Source of the DNA: Octopus sinensis
Taxonomy: Eukaryota
Reading direction: 5' to 3'
Assembly (NCBI RefSeq): GCF_006345805.1
Contig: NC_042997.1
Span: 82,770,001-82,834,000, forward strand
Length of the DNA stretch: 64,000 bases
In this document: positions 24,190-36,388 of the stretch, one piece after another
Position numbering within the stretch: the stretch's first letter is position 1
How the letters are laid out: each line of letters opens with the position of its first letter
The notes under the pieces: generated by a model
What the model was told of the DNA's origin: nothing
What the model saw: the letters and a program-made list of their open reading frames with translations, nothing else
Database searches by the model: none
Translations under genes and position numbers: made by a program

Positions 24190-24272
24190 TGACTACATGT
24201 GTTTTGTGGGTATATTTAAGAACTGATAACAGTAAAATCAATTCAATTTAAATATAGCCACTCTTCAGGTCA
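24190..24272 (-). ncRNA. Decayed hammerhead of the same family (G12>A)
   Basis: The minus strand reads TGAC CTGAAGA GTGGCTATA...TATACCCAC AAAAC ACAT GTA GTCA. Confidence 0.55.
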
Positions 24273-24484
24273 AAGATAAAAACAATAAAATAATTAAATA
24301 AATAAATATACAAAATATCTTAACAAAATATTCTGGGGTAAATAAAAATAGAATAAATAGGTATAAATATTTATTATATCTATAAAAATTAACTTATATA
24401 AGAAAAGAATAACAAACTATATTATATCATTACTAGAAAATAAAATACAATTAATTAAATTATTTAAAACACAAATATATATAT

Positions 24485-24531
<47 letters not shown>

Positions 24532-25164
24532 CAAAATATACATCAAGTAGAAACTAAAATACTATAATTTAATCTATATACATTAAATTAAATTATTTAT
24601 TAATTTATTTATTTAATAAACATCTTATTCTAATTAAGTAATATATACTAAAAAAACTTCATGTTAAGTTATTTACACAATACTAGTACTTCATGTTAAG
24701 TTATATACACAATATTAGAATTAAAGATAGAGAATGGTTCAAATATATGCACACCTATTATATAAACTTACTATATTATTAATTTAGATATAGTATATAT
24801 AGATTTAATATGACACTCACCAAAATATCAATTAATATTAAGCTTATTTACTTAAATGTAATACTACGTAACAAATAAACCTCATAACTATTAGATAATA
24901 TATTGTCTTACAAAACTATTTCTCAAAGTAAATTATATGTAATATATTAAATCACATAAAAATAATAATAAACATAATAAATTAAATAGATATATGTATC
25001 GTAACTAATAATTATCAAGAAACTATATATGAATTAATATTTTAACAATAATAATAATAATAATAATTAAGCATAATACAATTAAAAAATTAAGCAATAT
25101 TGTTAAATAAAAAACGTTACTTATCTTATTGATGAATATTAATATTCAAAAATTGCTTTCAAAT

Positions 25165-25410
25165 ACCTCCTTCCATTTCTAAAACTTCTGCCACAATCCC
25201 TCCATCATCTCATTCATCAGAACAAGGTCATCTGCATACAGTATCTCCATTAGCACTCTCTGTCACCACATCAACCACTATTGCAAACAACAACGGTGAC
25301 AACGCATATCCCTGATGCAGGCCGACTTTCACTGCAAACTCCTCTGACAGCTCTGATCCAACTCTAGCTCTTGTCTTTACCCCTTCATACAAACTCATCA
25401 CTGGAAGTTG
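25165..25410 (-). mobile_element. RTE-clade RT fragment (different subfamily)
   Basis: SLYEGVKTRARVGSELSEEFAVKVGLHQGYALSPLLFAIVVD followed by LYADDLVL-like sequence. Confidence 0.8.
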
Positions 25411-25627
25411 CTTCTTATTACTGCAAATAATGTTGTGAAACACTTATTGTTATCAAGATTTGTGGATCCCAAACATACTCAGGGTATTGTTGTATCCTCT
25501 GCTTAATGTTATCTGCTGGTTATTGTTATTTAAAAAATTCTGTTCCAAAGTGATCACACGAAACAGCTTCCACTGTAATATCTAAATGCCTTCCTCTGTC
25601 TTACACCCTTTTGTTCTTTCATTTCAG

Positions 25628-25740
25628 TTAAAATAGCTGGCAATGAAAACAAATACCAACAATCCATTAAACAACTGAATCAACAGTTCCTAGGGGAAAT
25701 TGAAGACTTAAGAAAAGCAAATTATATTTTAGTTTCAAAA
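25628..25740 (+). CDS. CEP162: CEP162 exon (VKIAGNENKYQQSIKQLNQQFLGEIEDLRKANYILVSK), phase 1-0
   Basis: Strong pyrimidine tract plus CAG, GTAAGA donor at 25741. Confidence 0.8.
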
Positions 25741-26898
25741 GTAAGAGTTAATGTTTTTATATCTTCTCCCCTGATTTAATATCCAGCTCCCTTTTAATGT
25801 CTGTGTTCTATGTAAATGTGAGTTGGCTGGTTCTGCAAATTTGGATTATTGCACATTGTTGTTAATATTGTTTGATCAGATATATAGATTATATGTACTG
25901 TTGCAGAGTTATTGTAACTGTTGTTGGCTCTTATTAGATTCAACTTTGGCCTGAAGGTAGCCAGTAAAATGACACGGATTAAAATATATCCAATCTGTCA
26001 AATGTGTTGTACTTTAGATATATCATCCAGTCGTGCAGTGGCTTGTGCTGAAATATAATGTAACAGTCAGGTCATGTTATACCCATTTTACAGTCCAGTC
26101 TGTTTATATAAGATCAGAAAACTATAGCCATAGCTTCAGGATATATGTGCAAAGAGATCTCATTAGATGTTCAATGCTTTTTGATTGCTTATAATTTAAC
26201 AACTTTAAAACATAAGGTTTATCTTTGTAGATATTTTGTAATTATTATTTAGGAAATTTAATAACCCTGTCTGTAGAGTATTGGGACTAAATAATTTGCA
26301 GTATTTAATTTTGTTGTTACAATCTGACCTCAAATACTTCTACAGTTAACTTTGTATTTCAGTCAATTCAATCCACTATACTCTTTCCTTCTTACAAATT
26401 TATGGCTGCTGCCTTTGCCATCGTCATTGACATCTTGTGTCTGCTTTTCTATGCTGTCATAAGTTTGGTGGGTTTCACAGTAACATACAACTTGTCTCGG
26501 TCCTTTGTCATCTTGCATACACAACAATAGAAAAAATGTTTTCTTTCATGTTAGTCATGTTTTTTTTGGCATGATTTTTATTTACAGCTGAATATCCTTT
26601 CTATTGCTAACCACTCACTCTACACTATGGGCTGTGCATTATATTATGTCACTGACACTTGACAGATTGTTTGCAGTAAGACTAATGAGTCCCCTATACT
26701 ACTCTCCTAGATGGTTGCCTTCCTTGGCTGTGGTTTGTAGAGGAAGCGTATCTTTTACTCTTCTCTTTTTGGCATGGCTTTTCTAGCTGAATGCCCTCTC
26801 CATCATCAAGCACTTTACATCATGGACTAAATTGCATTGCATGTTAAAGCTGCCTTTTATACTTGAACACCCAAACATCTTATCTCTAAACAATCATT

Positions 26899-27303
26899 CA
26901 TCATCATCATCATCATCGTTTGACATCTGCTTTCCATATTGGCATGGGTTGGACAGTTTGACTGAGGACTGGCAAGCCAGGAGGCTGCACCGGGCTTCAA
27001 TCTGATCTGGCAAGGTTTCTACAGCTGGATGCCTTTCCTAATGCCAATTACTCCAAGAGTGTAGTGGGTACTTTTTACATGCCACTGGTATTGGGGCCAG
27101 TCAAGCAGCACTGGCATTGACCAAATGGTGCTTTTTATGTGCCACCAGCACGGAAGCTAGTCAGGCAGCATTGGCATCAGCCATGACTACAATTTTATTT
27201 GACTCAACAGGTCTTCTGAAGCACAGCATATTGCCCGATGATTGAAGGGTACTTTTAAACGGGCCAGTTATGCAACATTGGTATTGGCCATAGCTATGAT
27301 CTC
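26899..27303 (-). mobile_element. RTE 3'UTR / SINE copy
   Basis: Same tail and VNTR units as 2585..3240. Confidence 0.8.
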
Positions 27304-27720
27304 AGTAAAGTAGAAATGCTATGTGAAGTACTTTTATCTTATAGAAAGAAAAATATTAGTAGTCGCCAAGTTTAGGAACGTTAATCTTATTCAATCCACT
27401 ATTACACTTTAAATCAATAAATCCTTTAACACTCACCATGAACAAGATAGGTTTTTTTTTTTAAATTATAACTTTTTAGTATTGGTGGAGCACGTACTCT
27501 TACTGTTGGATGTACTTCCTACCCTAACCATTTATTTGTGAAGTGGAACCTGAATTTGGCAGAAGCTGTGTTAGGTATTTTTTCTTGAAGATATAAATAC
27601 AATGATTGCTGTAAGTTTTGAACTTATGACAATATAATTATTAAGTTTAATATTTTAAATCCCTTACTACATTTGTAACACTTGTTTAGAATATTTTTAT
27701 GAATTTTATATCCCATACAG

Positions 27721-27929
27721 GTATCTGGAGAAAATGGGAAAAATTTGAATGAGCAGGAAGATCACTTTCAGAAAGAACTAGAAGAACATCAGAAGCTTTT
27801 AGTTGCTTATGATGCTGAGAACAAACGTCTGTATAATGATGCCAAACAGCAAAAAGTTTTGCAGAAAAAAGCTGAAGAGAGAATGTTCTCTGAAAACCAG
27901 AAATTGTTGCGAGAACTTAACAGTCTGCG
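27721..27929 (+). CDS. CEP162: CEP162 exon (VSGENGKN...HQKLLVAYDAENKRLYN...EERMFSENQKLLRELNSLR), phase 0-2
   Basis: CAG acceptor, GTTAGT donor at 27930; clear match to recalled human LLQGYQQENERLYNQ...EERMFKENQSL. Confidence 0.9.
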
Positions 27930-29244
27930 GTTAGTATTTCATTTCTAGTGTATGCAATTGTCTGAACTGATTAGATGGTTGTCTATGGTCTAAAAGGTCA
28001 ACAGTTCATATCCTAATACCAGTATCACAGTATATGTATAACTCACCAGCTGAGTTTATTTGACTATAAATAAGTATTATTGGGAGGAGCAGCTGCTCAC
28101 TGTGAAGGGTAATAGTAGTGTATAATTATAATGATTATTTCATTAGTTTGAATTGATGAATTTCAAGTCCCTCTGTATGGTTCTAGGAATATTATCCAAT
28201 GCCTCTGTTACATTTAAGGCTATCTTCAAGCACACCAAAAAATTCTTACTGTGTTTTATATATTAATACTTGAAAGTGTCTTACTGTTTCCAAATATAAT
28301 ACTAAACAGTATTTGTTTGTTTTACATTTATTTTGTTTTTATAATAATGTGAAAGGCAAAGGATAGATTCACAGAAAATATTGGAATTGGAGAATTTTTA
28401 TGAGCTACAAACGACAAGCCATTTCTGTTTAACAAACATCAGGACAGCACAGTTTACAATGACAGTGTCATTATTGACTGACCTCTATTCTTAGTCACCA
28501 CCAGGTGGTGGCTACTTGTAACTATTGACTTTACTGTTAAGATTAACAGATGCATAGCAGCCAACCCATGCAGCCAATAATTAGAACCAGAGACTGGAAT
28601 CAGTGACAAAGCTAACCAAGACGAAGGATACTGTTTCAAGGTTGAATAATGGGTGATACACTTTATTGGTTCTCTGTTTTAACACCCCCACCTGACTCTT
28701 GGGTACTTTTAGCTGAATCCACTTTGTTGTAAGCATTCAGCTCAGGACTATAGTCTGAAGGCAACTCTTTATCTTGATATACTACTTCTTACAACCCATA
28801 AATTATGGTTTCTTCCACTGTTTTCTTGGAAGGCCTGTGGCACTGCCATTCCTTAACTTCCACCCCATAGTAGACCATTTTCCATTGTCTTTTCTTTTAT
28901 CATAATTCTGATATTATGGTGTAGCTTAGGCAAAGCACTATTCATCTTTTTCTCATTTACCTGGTTGTAGAGCAAATCATTAATTCATACAAAGAGAAAA
29001 CAGATGTAAGATCAATTTCCTCCTCTGTGTATTGCATGTCATTATGTCTAGATAGCCTCATTGTGTCTGTTTACACCACTTTAGTAAAATTAAATATATA
29101 GGATTAAATAAGACACATACACTCCAACAAAAAATAGAGTGCTTGCAATGGACTTAAAATCAAGTCCAATGTATTGATTGTTCAATGCTTTATTCACTTG
29201 GTTATTTCATCCTACATGAGAAATGTGCCAGCTCTTCACTTGTC

Positions 29245-29480
29245 TTCCTTGGCCATAGCATGATAATTGTTCTTTTGCCATAGGCATAACATATATTCCT
29301 CGGTCATATATATGACACATATTCCTTGGTCATAGATACAACATTTTTTCGAAGTCATATTTTACTTGGCCATTGGTATGATGTAGCATTCCTATTCAAA
29401 GGTGTGTCATATCTTCCTTGGCCATAGGTATGACATATCTATCTTGATCATAGGTTGTAACATATCTCTCTTGGCCATGG
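29245..29480. repeat. Degenerate ~26-bp tandem repeat
   Basis: Recurrent cttggccataggtatgacatat variants. Confidence 0.55.
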
Positions 29481-30467
29481 GTCTGAGAACAACAACAGCT
29501 TTTTGTAGGAGCATCCAAAGATGAGTTAGCTCCCACTGGCCTCAGCTAATGATCAGCAGGATTGATAGAAAGTCAAATCAATGGTTTGATGGTCTGAGTA
29601 TAGACGAATGTTGACATAACATAGTGGATTAAATGTTTTTGCACATACCTCTAAGTTAACTGAACTGACCTATTATCAAAGATATTTCAGCTAAGACTAT
29701 CCCATTTTTTTTTTCAGATAATATGCACTACACTGTTTTGTTGACTGTAGCTTTTTTAAAATGGTAGGATGATGTTTCACATCACCTAACTAACAGAGGA
29801 AATAAGTACTTTGTATTTAGTATAAAACTGAGGTCTTCTTTACGGGGAGTTTTATGTCTAATAGGTTTAATGTTAGAGAGATCAAAACCAAATATTGATC
29901 TTTATTGCTTCTTTTACTTCTTGAAATGAATAATCTTTTCTTTAGTCTAACATAAGTTCATTTCCAAAACTCTAAGACCTTTTTGAGAGCTATTGTTTAA
30001 TTTCAATTACATGTTATACAGTGGATAAGGGATAAAATTATTCTTGGACAGATTACCAGTCTGTTACTTATAACATTCTTGGATGACCTGAAAAACCAGT
30101 TCCTTTTCATCTAGGTGATGAGAGAGGGCCTTTATATGGTCACTCAGTGTGTTAAAAATAGCAGCCAAGTCTTCCTCAAGCTAGACTCCTATTGTCTTGA
30201 AAAGAGAAGTTACATTATATAATATAATACGCGATGTACAGTGCCCAAGTGAAAGTTGGGATTGTTATGGCTAAAATACTTTTGATCATAGGTCTATATA
30301 GTCTGGTCTGTCATGGAACTAAACAACAACTAAAGCAACATAGAATAAAGTGTTTAGCTCAGAAACATTGCCTACTGCAGCTTGGTGCTCCTGTATTCCA
30401 GTTCTTATTTGCTGACCTCATTTTACATGTTCTGTCAAATATAATTTTTCATCTATTTTTGATTTAG

Positions 30468-30666
30468 CAATCAGATGAATTTAAAACAAGCACGTAATAT
30501 AAGTGCACCTAACATGATACCACCGCCACCACCATCACCATCACCTGGTGGTGCTCGCAATAAAGACATTATCATCTGTGACAATAACAACAACAACAGA
30601 AATGACATCAGCAAGACTGAAATAATCAATCAGTCTATTGTAGCCTTCTCTGCAGAAAAGAATCAA
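30468..30666 (+). CDS. CEP162: CEP162 exon (RNQMNLKQARN...PPPPSPSP...EKNQ), phase 2-0
   Basis: TTTGATTTAG acceptor, GTGAGT donor at 30667; the only phase-2 junction, and it matches the upstream exon. Confidence 0.8.
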
Positions 30667-30721
30667 GTGAGTTTATATTCATTTTATTCATCCCACCACT
30701 GCCAGAACACAAACTATTCCT

Positions 30722-31045
30722 TAGGTGCAGGCATGGCTATGTGGTAAGAAGCTTGCTTCCCAACCACATGGTTCATGGTTCAGTTCCACTGCATTGCAAC
30801 TTGGGCAAGTGTTTTCTACAACAAGCCTTGGGCCGAACAAATGCTTGTGAGTGAATTTGGTAAACGGAAACTGAAGGAAGCCCATCGTATATGTGTGTGT
30901 ATTTATGTATGTGTGTCTTTGTGCCTGTATTTGTACCCCCACCATCACTTGACAACTGATGTTGGTGTGTATGTCCCTGTAACTTAGCAGTTCAGCAAAA
31001 GAGACTGACAGAATAAGTTCTAGGCTTACAAAGAATAAGTCCTGT
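30722..31045 (+). mobile_element. tRNA-headed SINE
   Basis: Same family; starts 55 nt after the donor at 30667. Confidence 0.8.
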
Positions 31046-31680
31046 GCCTATGATCTCCTTCATCTGTCCTGCAAAACTGGTGAGTTCAAGACCATTAACA
31101 TTTTCCTTGAACAGTTGTGAGTTGATGACTGGAGGGAAACTTGTGTGCAAGGAGGAATTTCAGAGGATCAACATTTCTTACTGAGAAAAAACTGGGAATT
31201 GTATAGGGCTGAGGAGCAGAGTGAGTTTGAGATATATAGAATATCAGTGTTTGGAGAAAGAAAGGAGTGCCCTGAGTGAAGGTGATTCAGACTAATCAAG
31301 CCTGGTGAGTGGAGACTATGTAGTTGTGTTAAAAAAGGCAGGGAAGAGACCGTCTCTCTATAGGTCAGCGTTGTGGGTGTGTTGGTGAGCGACTTCATGC
31401 CAATCAATCAAGAATCCTTTCTTTGGATGTGGTATGGGATATTTGTATGTGTGTCTGCAGTGCTGTCCTGGATGTGGGAGCTGCTATTTTATTTCTTCAT
31501 CTTTTCTTCTTTATCTCTTCCTCATTGTTTTGTGGTAGACTTAATCCATTACTCGGTTTGATACCACCATCTGACTCTTGGATAACTTTAGTGAAGTCCA
31601 ATCTGTTGCAAGTATTCAGTCTGGATTTCCTCTTTTTTGTGGTAATGTCTTCACTTTTCTTCCATTAAGGCTTTGGGGTC
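31030..31680 (-). mobile_element. Possible L1/Tx1-like endonuclease relic
   Basis: Minus-strand frames with stops contain IDWHEVAH and FNTTT*SPLTRLD*SESPSL, loosely like DxWRxxH...SRLD. Confidence 0.35.
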
Positions 31681-31981
31681 TTGAATAGGGTTCATGTGTG
31701 CTGTGCTTGCTCTAATAATTACATCATAAAAACAAAACAGATTTAAAAAAATTTACCATCTTAAATAATAGGTACGAGCATTGCAGCATCATTTAAGAGT
31801 TTGTTTCACAACAATATGGTCTCACTGAGTGACATCTGGTCAAGTGTCTTCTACTTATCACTACTGCACTGCAAACATAAATTCCGTAATTCTATATCTA
31901 GTCTTCATTTGTTTCATTAATGTCTTTATTTCATTCAAACAGTTATTTCTTGGTTTTCAATTACCATTAATTTTCCTACAG

Positions 31982-32131
31982 CTAGAAATCAGTCACTGGA
32001 AGCAGCAGTGCAATCTACTTGAACAGACAAATTTTGAATTGGAGACTCAAATAAGTAAACTGGTTCAGCAGAAAGAAGAAATGCATCAAGTATTAGAGGA
32101 AATAAAGAAGGCAAAAGATGATGAAATGAAG
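31982..32131 (+). CDS. CEP162: CEP162 exon (LEISHWKQQCNLLEQ...KDDEMK), phase 0-0
   Basis: TTTTCCTACAG acceptor, GTAAAG donor at 32132; coiled coil. Confidence 0.85.
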
Positions 32132-32489
32132 GTAAAGCAATTAGAAAAATAACTGTCATTATTAATATAATAATAGGCATTCTGTCTGTGAGTACAAGAT
32201 ATTGGTTTACTGACTGGATGATCAATGGTGCAAACCTGACTGCAGTTTTGTGAATGCATTGTTTGAATTGACTGAATAGATAAGCAGTGGAAAAATAATT
32301 AGCAGTTGATTCTACCACTTTCTTTTTGAACTCAAATCTCATTGATATTGACTTAACTTTACCGTTTATTCTTTTGTGGTTCAGAAAATAAATCTCAGTT
32401 GAGTAATGATGTCCATATTATCAAATGTGACCCTCCACTAAACTTGTGAATTTGTGCCTATGCAAGAAATCAATCTTAAGCTTGTGAAA

Positions 32490-32710
32490 AGGCAGTGAGC
32501 TGGCAGAATTGCTAGCATGTTGGGCAAGATGCTTAGTGGCATTTCACCCATCATTATGTTCTGAGTTCAAATGCTACCGAGGCCAATTTTGCCTTTCAGC
32601 CTTCCATGGATAATAAGATAATTACCAGTTGAGCACTTGGCTTGATGCAATTAATCACCTCACCCCTGAACTTGCTGGCCTTGTGCCTAAATTTGAAACC
32701 AATATTAAGC
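32490..32710 (+). mobile_element. Third SINE-like family (ggcagtgagctggcagaa...ttctgagttcaaat)
   Basis: Related copies lie at about 37445-37660 (+), 14470-14620 (-) and 59095-59310 (-). Confidence 0.7.
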
Positions 32711-33002
32711 TTGTGTTGATGGATACATACATATAACTTCTTAATGAACTGGGCTTGCAATTTCTTTTCTGTTTCATATTGCAACTGTTTCAGTGTGAAG
32801 TTGAAATCCTTGTATGCATTTGGTTTGAAAAGAAAAATATTCTACCATTGTTGTTTCGACATTGATACTCTATAGGAAGACAAAGTATTTTTCATACCCC
32901 CAAAACCGATGTATTATGGGATTTGTCATCTCCAACACTAGTCTAGAAAAACATTTCCAAAATCTCAATTAAAATAAAGATATTTTTATTATGTGAAGTA
33001 TA

Positions 33003-33168
33003 TAGGTGCTGGTGTGGCTGTGTGGTAAGAATCTTGCTTCCCAATCACATGGTTCTGGGTTCAGTCCCACTGCATAGCACCTTGGGCAAGTGTCTTCTAC
33101 TATAGCCTTGTGCCTATAAAAGCCTTCTATATGGATTTGGTAGATGGAAACTGAAAGAAACTGGTTGT

Positions 33169-33256
<88 letters not shown>

Positions 33257-33480
33257 GTATATGAGTGTGTGTCGTTGTGCTTGTGTTTGTCCCCACTACC
33301 ATTTGACAACCAGTGTTAGTTTGCTTACATCTCCATAACATAGCATTTTGGCAAAAAGAGAATAATAAAATAAGTATCAGGTTTAAAAAAAAAAAGTAGT
33401 GGGGTCAATTCATTCAACTAAAAGTTCTTCATAGCCCAGCATGGCCACAGTCTAATGACTGAAACAAAAGATAGAAAATA
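33003..33480 (+). mobile_element. tRNA-headed SINE with an internal (TA/CA)n tract, full length
   Basis: Head ggtgtggctgtgtggtaagaa...ggttcagtcccactg (A/B-box-like), core ccttgggcaagtgtcttctactatagc, tail gactgaaacaaaaga. Partial copies lie at about 1027, 7236, 7636, 18185, 21760, 37160, 37795, 43555, 44518, 46780, 59370 and 60520. Confidence 0.85.
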
Positions 33481-33810
33481 AAAAGAGATATGTCATCTCA
33501 TGTCATCTTTGCCCTCTTTCATAGGTGGCTTATGGAGTGCAAAGACCTTCCATTGGCTCCTGTCAGAAGCAGGTGTCTCCACTTAATTTGGCTGGATTCC
33601 TTAATCTCTTGATACCCACACTCTTATCAGTACTGCTAGATTATGCAGTCTGACTTGATACTCTTTTTATCACACTAAGTAACCCAGCACACACTTTCAG
33701 CCGTTATCTATACTTATACTCTCTGCCTTATCCGTGTACTCTTTTATTAAAGTAATGATAACTTGTTTTGGAAAATAAGAACCTTTCAATAAACCTATAA
33801 TGATGTAATG

Positions 33811-34062
33811 CAGTGGTTTTCAACCACTTTTGGCTTATGGACCCCTTTGATTCTATTTTACTCTACTGGGCCTACATAGCCATTTGATGTATATATATAT
33901 AAAAAATATTTTTATTAATAAATATTATAAGGAATTGCATAAAAAAATAAAAAATATTTTCGTGTATTGTAGAAGTACAAGCAATTCATTTCACATGAAT
34001 TTTAACAACAAAATCTTAAATGGACTTCCAAGGGTCATATGGACCCTGGTTGAGAAATACTG
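33811..34062. mobile_element. hAT (Charlie-type) MITE
   Basis: TIRs cagtggttttcaacc / ggttgagaaatactg; degenerate 8-bp flanks atgtaatg / atgcagag. Confidence 0.65.
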
Positions 34063-34700
34063 ATGCAGAGGGACATCTTCCAGTATTCATGTGAAAGAAG
34101 CTGAAATTTTTATAGCTCTGTGAAATCATCTCACACAAAACAACTACTCTAAAGGTTAAGAGTAGTTGATGCTACCTTTGAAGTACCAATGCTTCAATAA
34201 ATATATCTAATCCCCTCTATTTGTGGTTGGAGACAAGAGGGGGCATCTGGCTATTGAACTGCACTCAAATCGGTTTGTTGAAATGTGCATAAAATTGCTG
34301 CTGCTGCCATCACTACTGTCACTGCTGCTGCCACCGCTACCATCCTAGCCATCACCATTGCCTCCACCACTGCTGCTGCTGCCACAACCTCATCTTCTTC
34401 TTCCCCTCTTCCTCCTGCTCTTTCTCCTCCTCACTTCCCCCACCCTTCTTTTCCCCCACAACCACAAAAGGCCTTGAGGTATTTAGGTGTATCCCTTTCT
34501 GTTTGGAGTTCAAATTTGTTGAGGCTAACTTCACTTAAAATAAACGCCTGTAGAGAACTAGGGATCAATTAAAATTCAAATATATCCTGTTTGAGAAATG
34601 CATGACCTTGTAGCTTACATTAGAAATAAGAGTTAAAAAAAGCATAACTAATTATCGTTTAATATCCATGTTTCATTATTTTGGTATTCTTTAATTGCAG

Positions 34701-34862
34701 GCAGTTGAATCCAAATTTTTTGATGACATTGAAAGTATGAAGAAGAAACTTCACTGGTATACATACAATCAACAACTGTTAGACCAGTCTGTTTTAGTCT
34801 TGCAGCAAAAAGATAAAGAGATTGAACAGCTAAATCTTAGAATTCAGAAACTGAGCTCAGAG
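34701..34862 (+). CDS. CEP162: CEP162 exon (AVESKFFDDIESMKKKLHWYTYNQQLLDQ...KLSSE), phase 0-0
   Basis: TTGCAG acceptor, GTATGT donor at 34863; matches recalled KRLQWYAENQELLDKD. Confidence 0.9.
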
Positions 34863-34924
34863 GTATGTATATTTTTTTAATATATTCAGCTGTTTCTTTT
34901 TTAAATTACAATAAAAATAAATGT

Positions 34925-35290
34925 GGTTTCAGAAGCTCTCTTTGCAACATGTGGTTTCAGGGTCAGTCCTATTGTGTGGCACCTTCAACAAGTGTCTTCT
35001 ATTATAACCCCAGGTTGACCAATGCCTTGTGAGTGAATTTGGTAACTGGAAACTGTGTAGAAACCTGTTGTATATGTATGTGTGTTTGTGTGTCTTTGTG
35101 CCCCTACCATCACTTGACAACTAGTGTTGGTTTGTTTACATCTCCATAACTTAGCAGTTCAGCAAAAGAGACCAATGGAATAAGTACCAAACTTTAAAAA
35201 TAAGCACTGGTGTCAATCTGTTTAGCTAAACTCTTCAAGGCAGTGCTCCAGTATGGCTGCAGTCCAAAGGATGAAACAAAAGATAAAAAA
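34925..35290 (+). mobile_element. tRNA-headed SINE
   Basis: Same family. Confidence 0.75.
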
Positions 35291-35415
35291 AAGATAACAA
35301 CACCCCCTGTCCCTCACTTATTTCTTATTGTTTTCTGATTTAAAAAAAATAAGACTCTCTACAACTTAATAAAGAAATTCATTCTTTTGTTTGTACTTCA
35401 TACTTCTCATTGTAG

Positions 35416-35499
35416 ACTGGGAAACGTTTTGAGGAGAACAAGTTACTTGGAAAAGAAAGAGCTGTTAATCAGAAACGTATTCAAAATCTCGAACATCAG
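35416..35499 (+). CDS. CEP162: CEP162 exon (TGKRFEENKLLGKERAVNQKRIQNLEHQ), phase 0-0
   Basis: TTCTCATTGTAG acceptor, GTGAAT donor at 35500; like recalled RAADAKKIQDLERQ. Confidence 0.85.
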
Positions 35500-36034
35500 G
35501 TGAATAAACTTCTGGGAAATTCTGCTCTGCTGGTTCTGATTGGGAAATTCTGCATTTGTTTCTAAATGCAAAACCATAAATTCTGAGTAATTTCAAAGGA
35601 TTTTTTAATGATTTTCCATTTTGATTCACAAAGCTTTCTATCTGTCTCATTCTATTCTCTTTTTCTGACTATTTATAGATGTGTTTATCTGTGTCTAACT
35701 CTGTTCTGTCTGTATATAGATGTATTTATCTGTGCTCATATCTTTACTCATGGCAGTGCCATATAAAAGCGTCTGTGCAGTGTCAGGTAAAAGCACCTGT
35801 GTGGTGTCAGGTAAAAGTGCCTGTCTGGTGCCATGTACAAACACTCATGTGAAGTCACGTAAAAGCACCCAGCACACTCTGAAAAGTGGTTAGTATTAAG
35901 AAGGGCATCCAGTTGTAGAAACAATTCCAAATCTGACTGGAGCCTGGTGCAGCTCCCCAGCTTACCAGCTTTGATAAAACCATCCAACCCATGCTAGCAT
36001 GGACATCAGACGTTAAATGATGATGGTGATGATG

Positions 36035-36036
<2 letters not shown>

Positions 36037-36095
<59 letters not shown>

Positions 36096-36306
36096 GTATA
36101 TATATATATGTATATATATATGTATATATATATATGTATATATATATATGTATGTATGTATATATATGTATGTATGTTATATATGTATGTATGTATATTA
36201 TATATATATATGTATGTATGTATGTATATATTATATATATGTATGTATGTATGTATTATATATATATGTATGTATGTATGTATATATATATATATGTATG
36301 TATGTA

Positions 36307-36349
<43 letters not shown>

Positions 36350-36388
36350 GTGTATATATATATGTGTATATATATATATATATATATT
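36037..36388. repeat. Compound (TA)n/(TATG)n microsatellite
   Basis: Seen directly; similar tracts at about 11080-11340, 33172-33255, 45075-45220 and 60410-60530. Confidence 0.95.

Noticed and set aside
24530-25140. Possible mitochondrial insertion
   Set aside because: I could not recognise any tRNA, rRNA or mitochondrial protein motif; AT-richness alone is insufficient.
28430-28880. Higher-GC tract that might be a LINE relic
   Set aside because: Manual translation gave no reliable motif, so it is left unassigned.
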